Source: an uncultured Lachnospiraceae bacterium
Lineage (GTDB): Bacteria; Bacillota; Clostridia; UBA1381
Length of the DNA stretch: 35,639 nucleotides
Reading direction: 5' to 3'
NCBI GenBank assembly: GCA_964454725.1
Contig: CAYVUD010000001.1
Coordinates: 1-35,639 of the forward strand
Numbering within the stretch: position 1 is the first letter of the stretch; each line of letters begins with the position of its first letter. Shown one piece after another: positions 34,229 to 35,639 of this stretch. A program made the translations under genes and the position numbers. The notes under the pieces are model-generated. The model saw only the letters and a list, made by a program, of their open reading frames with translations. It did not search any database and was not told the origin of the DNA.

Positions 34229-35495
34229 TCTTTCCGCTCCTTTCTATTTCCTCCAAAACGAGATTTTTGTACTCGTTCTCGTAATTTTTATAGTCCGCGA
34301 GATTAAATGTTTTAGTCTCCCCTCTCGCCTTTTCGCTAATTTTAGTGTCCCCGATTTGCTTCGCGGCGCGTTTCGCGAAAACAAGGCTTTCAAGAAGCGA
34401 GTTGCTTGCCAGACGGTTCTTTCCGTGAACGCCGTTACAGCTCGTTTCGCCCGCGGCGTACAGCCTGTCCATCGACGTTTTGCTGTACTCGTCCACCTTT
34501 ATTCCGCCCATAAAATAGTGCTGCGCCGGAACGACGGGAATAGGCTCCTTTGTAACATCATAGCCCTCCTCAAGACAGCGTTTATAGATATTTGGGAAAT
34601 GCTCCTTTATCTTTTGAGCCGAAATCGGTTTCATCGAAAGCCAGACGTAAGGCTTGCCGTCCTCCTTCATCTGCTTCTGTATCGCCGCCGTAACGACGTC
34701 GCGCGGGAGAAGCTCGTCTACGAACCGCTCCATTTTCGCGTTAAAAAGCACCGCCCCCTCTCCCCTTACCGACTCGGAAATCAGGAAACGTCTGCCCGGC
34801 TTCGTTGAATAAAGCGTCGTAGGGTGGATTTGTATATAGTCGGGATTTTCGAGCGCGATACCGTGCTTTAAGCATATCGCCAGAGCGTCGCCGCGCAGGT
34901 GGCGGTAATTGGTGGAGTGCTTAAACAGTCCGCCTATGCCGCCGGAGGCGAGAACCGTAAAATCGGCGGTTATCGTTTCGAGTTCGCCCTCGGAATTAAT
35001 GCCGACTATGCCGTAACATTCATTATCCTCCGCGATTATGTCAACCATAGTAAAATGCTCGATTATCTCAATGTTTCTTTTCTCTCTTACCCGCGCCAAA
35101 AGCTTCGAGGTTATCTCACGGCCTGTGACGTCCTCGTGAAACAAAATACGCCCGACACTGTGCGCGCCCTCCTTCGTATAGCAAAGCTCGCCGTCCTTTT
35201 TTTCAAACTCCACGCCGAAGCCTATCAGGTCGTTTATAATCTCTCTCGACGAGCGTATCATTATCTCAACGCTGCGCTTGTTGTTTTCATAGTGACCGGC
35301 CTTCATAGTATCCTCAAAATAGCTGTCATAGTCGCTCTCGTCCTTCAGAACGCAAATTCCGCCCTGCGCCAGAAACGAATCGCTTTTGTCGGCCTCGGAT
35401 TTTGTAACAAGCGTTATTTTCCTGTCCGCGGGAAGGTTAAGCGCGCAAAACAATCCCGCGACGCCCGTTCCCGCTATGACTATATCTGTTTTCAT
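34203..35495 (-). CDS. nadB: L-aspartate oxidase (short clostridial form)
   Basis: It has an FAD dinucleotide fold IVIAGTGVAGLFCAL, then SFLAQGGI, RILFHEDVTGREI and GLYAAGETSCNGVHGKNRLASNSLLE. The protein is 430 aa. Confidence 0.93.
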   Translation of the reverse strand: MKTDIVIAGTGVAGLFCALNLPADRKITLVTKSEADKSDSFLAQGGICVLKDESDYDSYFEDTMKAGHYENNKRSVEIMIRSSREIINDLIGFGVEFEKKDGELCYTKEGAHSVGRILFHEDVTGREITSKLLARVREKRNIEIIEHFTMVDIIAEDNECYGIVGINSEGELETITADFTVLASGGIGGLFKHSTNYRHLRGDALAICLKHGIALENPDYIQIHPTTLYSTKPGRRFLISESVRGEGAVLFNAKMERFVDELLPRDVVTAAIQKQMKEDGKPYVWLSMKPISAQKIKEHFPNIYKRCLEEGYDVTKEPIPVVPAQHYFMGGIKVDEYSKTSMDRLYAAGETSCNGVHGKNRLASNSLLESLVFAKRAAKQIGDTKISEKARGETKTFNLADYKNYENEYKNLVLEEIERSGKNEPDNNEA

Positions 35496-35534
35496 ATGCC
35501 GCCTCCATAATACCGTTTACCCCTTGTAAGCGCT

Positions 35535-35563
35535 ATTATAGCATAAAACTTTACACCTGTCAA
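35535..35563 (-). promoter_or_regulatory. Consensus sigma-A promoter of nadB-nadC-niaR
   Basis: The minus strand reads TTGACA (35563-35558), a 17-nt spacer, then TGcTATAAT (hexamer 35540-35535). Confidence 0.8.
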
Positions 35564-35580
35564 TACAGGTGTAAAGTTTT
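35545..35580. promoter_or_regulatory. NiaR operator
   Basis: A perfect palindrome has 16-nt arms AAAACTTTACACCTGT / ACAGGTGTAAAGTTTT and a 4-nt centre. The ACACCTGT...ACAGGTGT core is the NiaR-type motif as I recall it. The -35 hexamer sits in the centre of the dyad. Confidence 0.75.
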
Positions 35581-35596
35581 ATTTAAAAAGAAATCG

Positions 35597-35613
35597 CCGC
35601 GCTAAGCGGCGCT
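35597..35613 (-). terminator. Terminator of an upstream minus-strand gene lying beyond the window edge
   Basis: The stem CGCCGC / GCGGCG closes a 5-nt loop. On the minus strand it is followed by ATTTCTTTTT. Confidence 0.55.
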
Positions 35614-35639
35614 CTTTAATTTGGGAACGCTCTTTTCCC

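Noticed and set aside
1-35639. I searched for CRISPR arrays, tRNA/rRNA genes, transposases, integrases, phage genes, toxin-antitoxin pairs and known defence-system signatures.
   Set aside because: No regularly spaced repeats, cloverleaf-like sequences or mobile-element or defence-type proteins appear in any of the supplied translations. The window reads as ordinary core chromosome with good Firmicute synteny.

Overview
This is a chromosomal segment from a spore-forming Firmicute, probably Clostridia-like, because spoIIP, an uninterrupted sigK and spoIVB are all present. I call 29 protein-coding genes, packed tightly and mostly core functions.

Gene content, in order:
- rplS-lepB-rbgA
- a BlaI/BlaR1-type repressor and sensor-protease pair
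- spoIIP-lepA-murD
- three tandem M42 aminopeptidase paralogues
- a rhamnogalacturonan utilisation locus: kdgK, a 1193-aa PL11 lyase, two ABC permeases and a lipoprotein binding protein
- a heavy-metal efflux module: an ArsR-AraC fusion regulator, a stand-alone HMA protein and a P1B ATPase
- sigK, pcrA, spoIVB, bioY
- an LtaS-like transferase with a ComEC-type MBL hydrolase
- nadB-nadC-niaR

I saw no rRNA, tRNA, CRISPR array, transposase, integrase or recognisable defence genes. I cannot point to a clear novel multi-gene system.

The most unusual items are:
1. A regulator that fuses a Cys/His-rich ArsR/SmtB domain to a full AraC dual-HTH domain. Its divergent control region holds both a 12-2-12-like dyad over a consensus promoter and two 11-nt direct repeats phased at 21 bp.
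2. A middle M42 paralogue in which the bridging Asp and the general-base Glu are both substituted.
3. A BlaR1-family sensor whose ectodomain is not penicillin-binding-like, paired with a perfect 17-4-17 double-dyad operator.
4. A compact 88-nt three-helix junction downstream of niaR that matches no RNA class I recognise.
5. Textbook BirA and NiaR operators overlapping consensus promoters. The bioY promoter carries a second, nested palindrome.

All calls come from reading the supplied translations and the DNA by eye. No database or HMM search was run.
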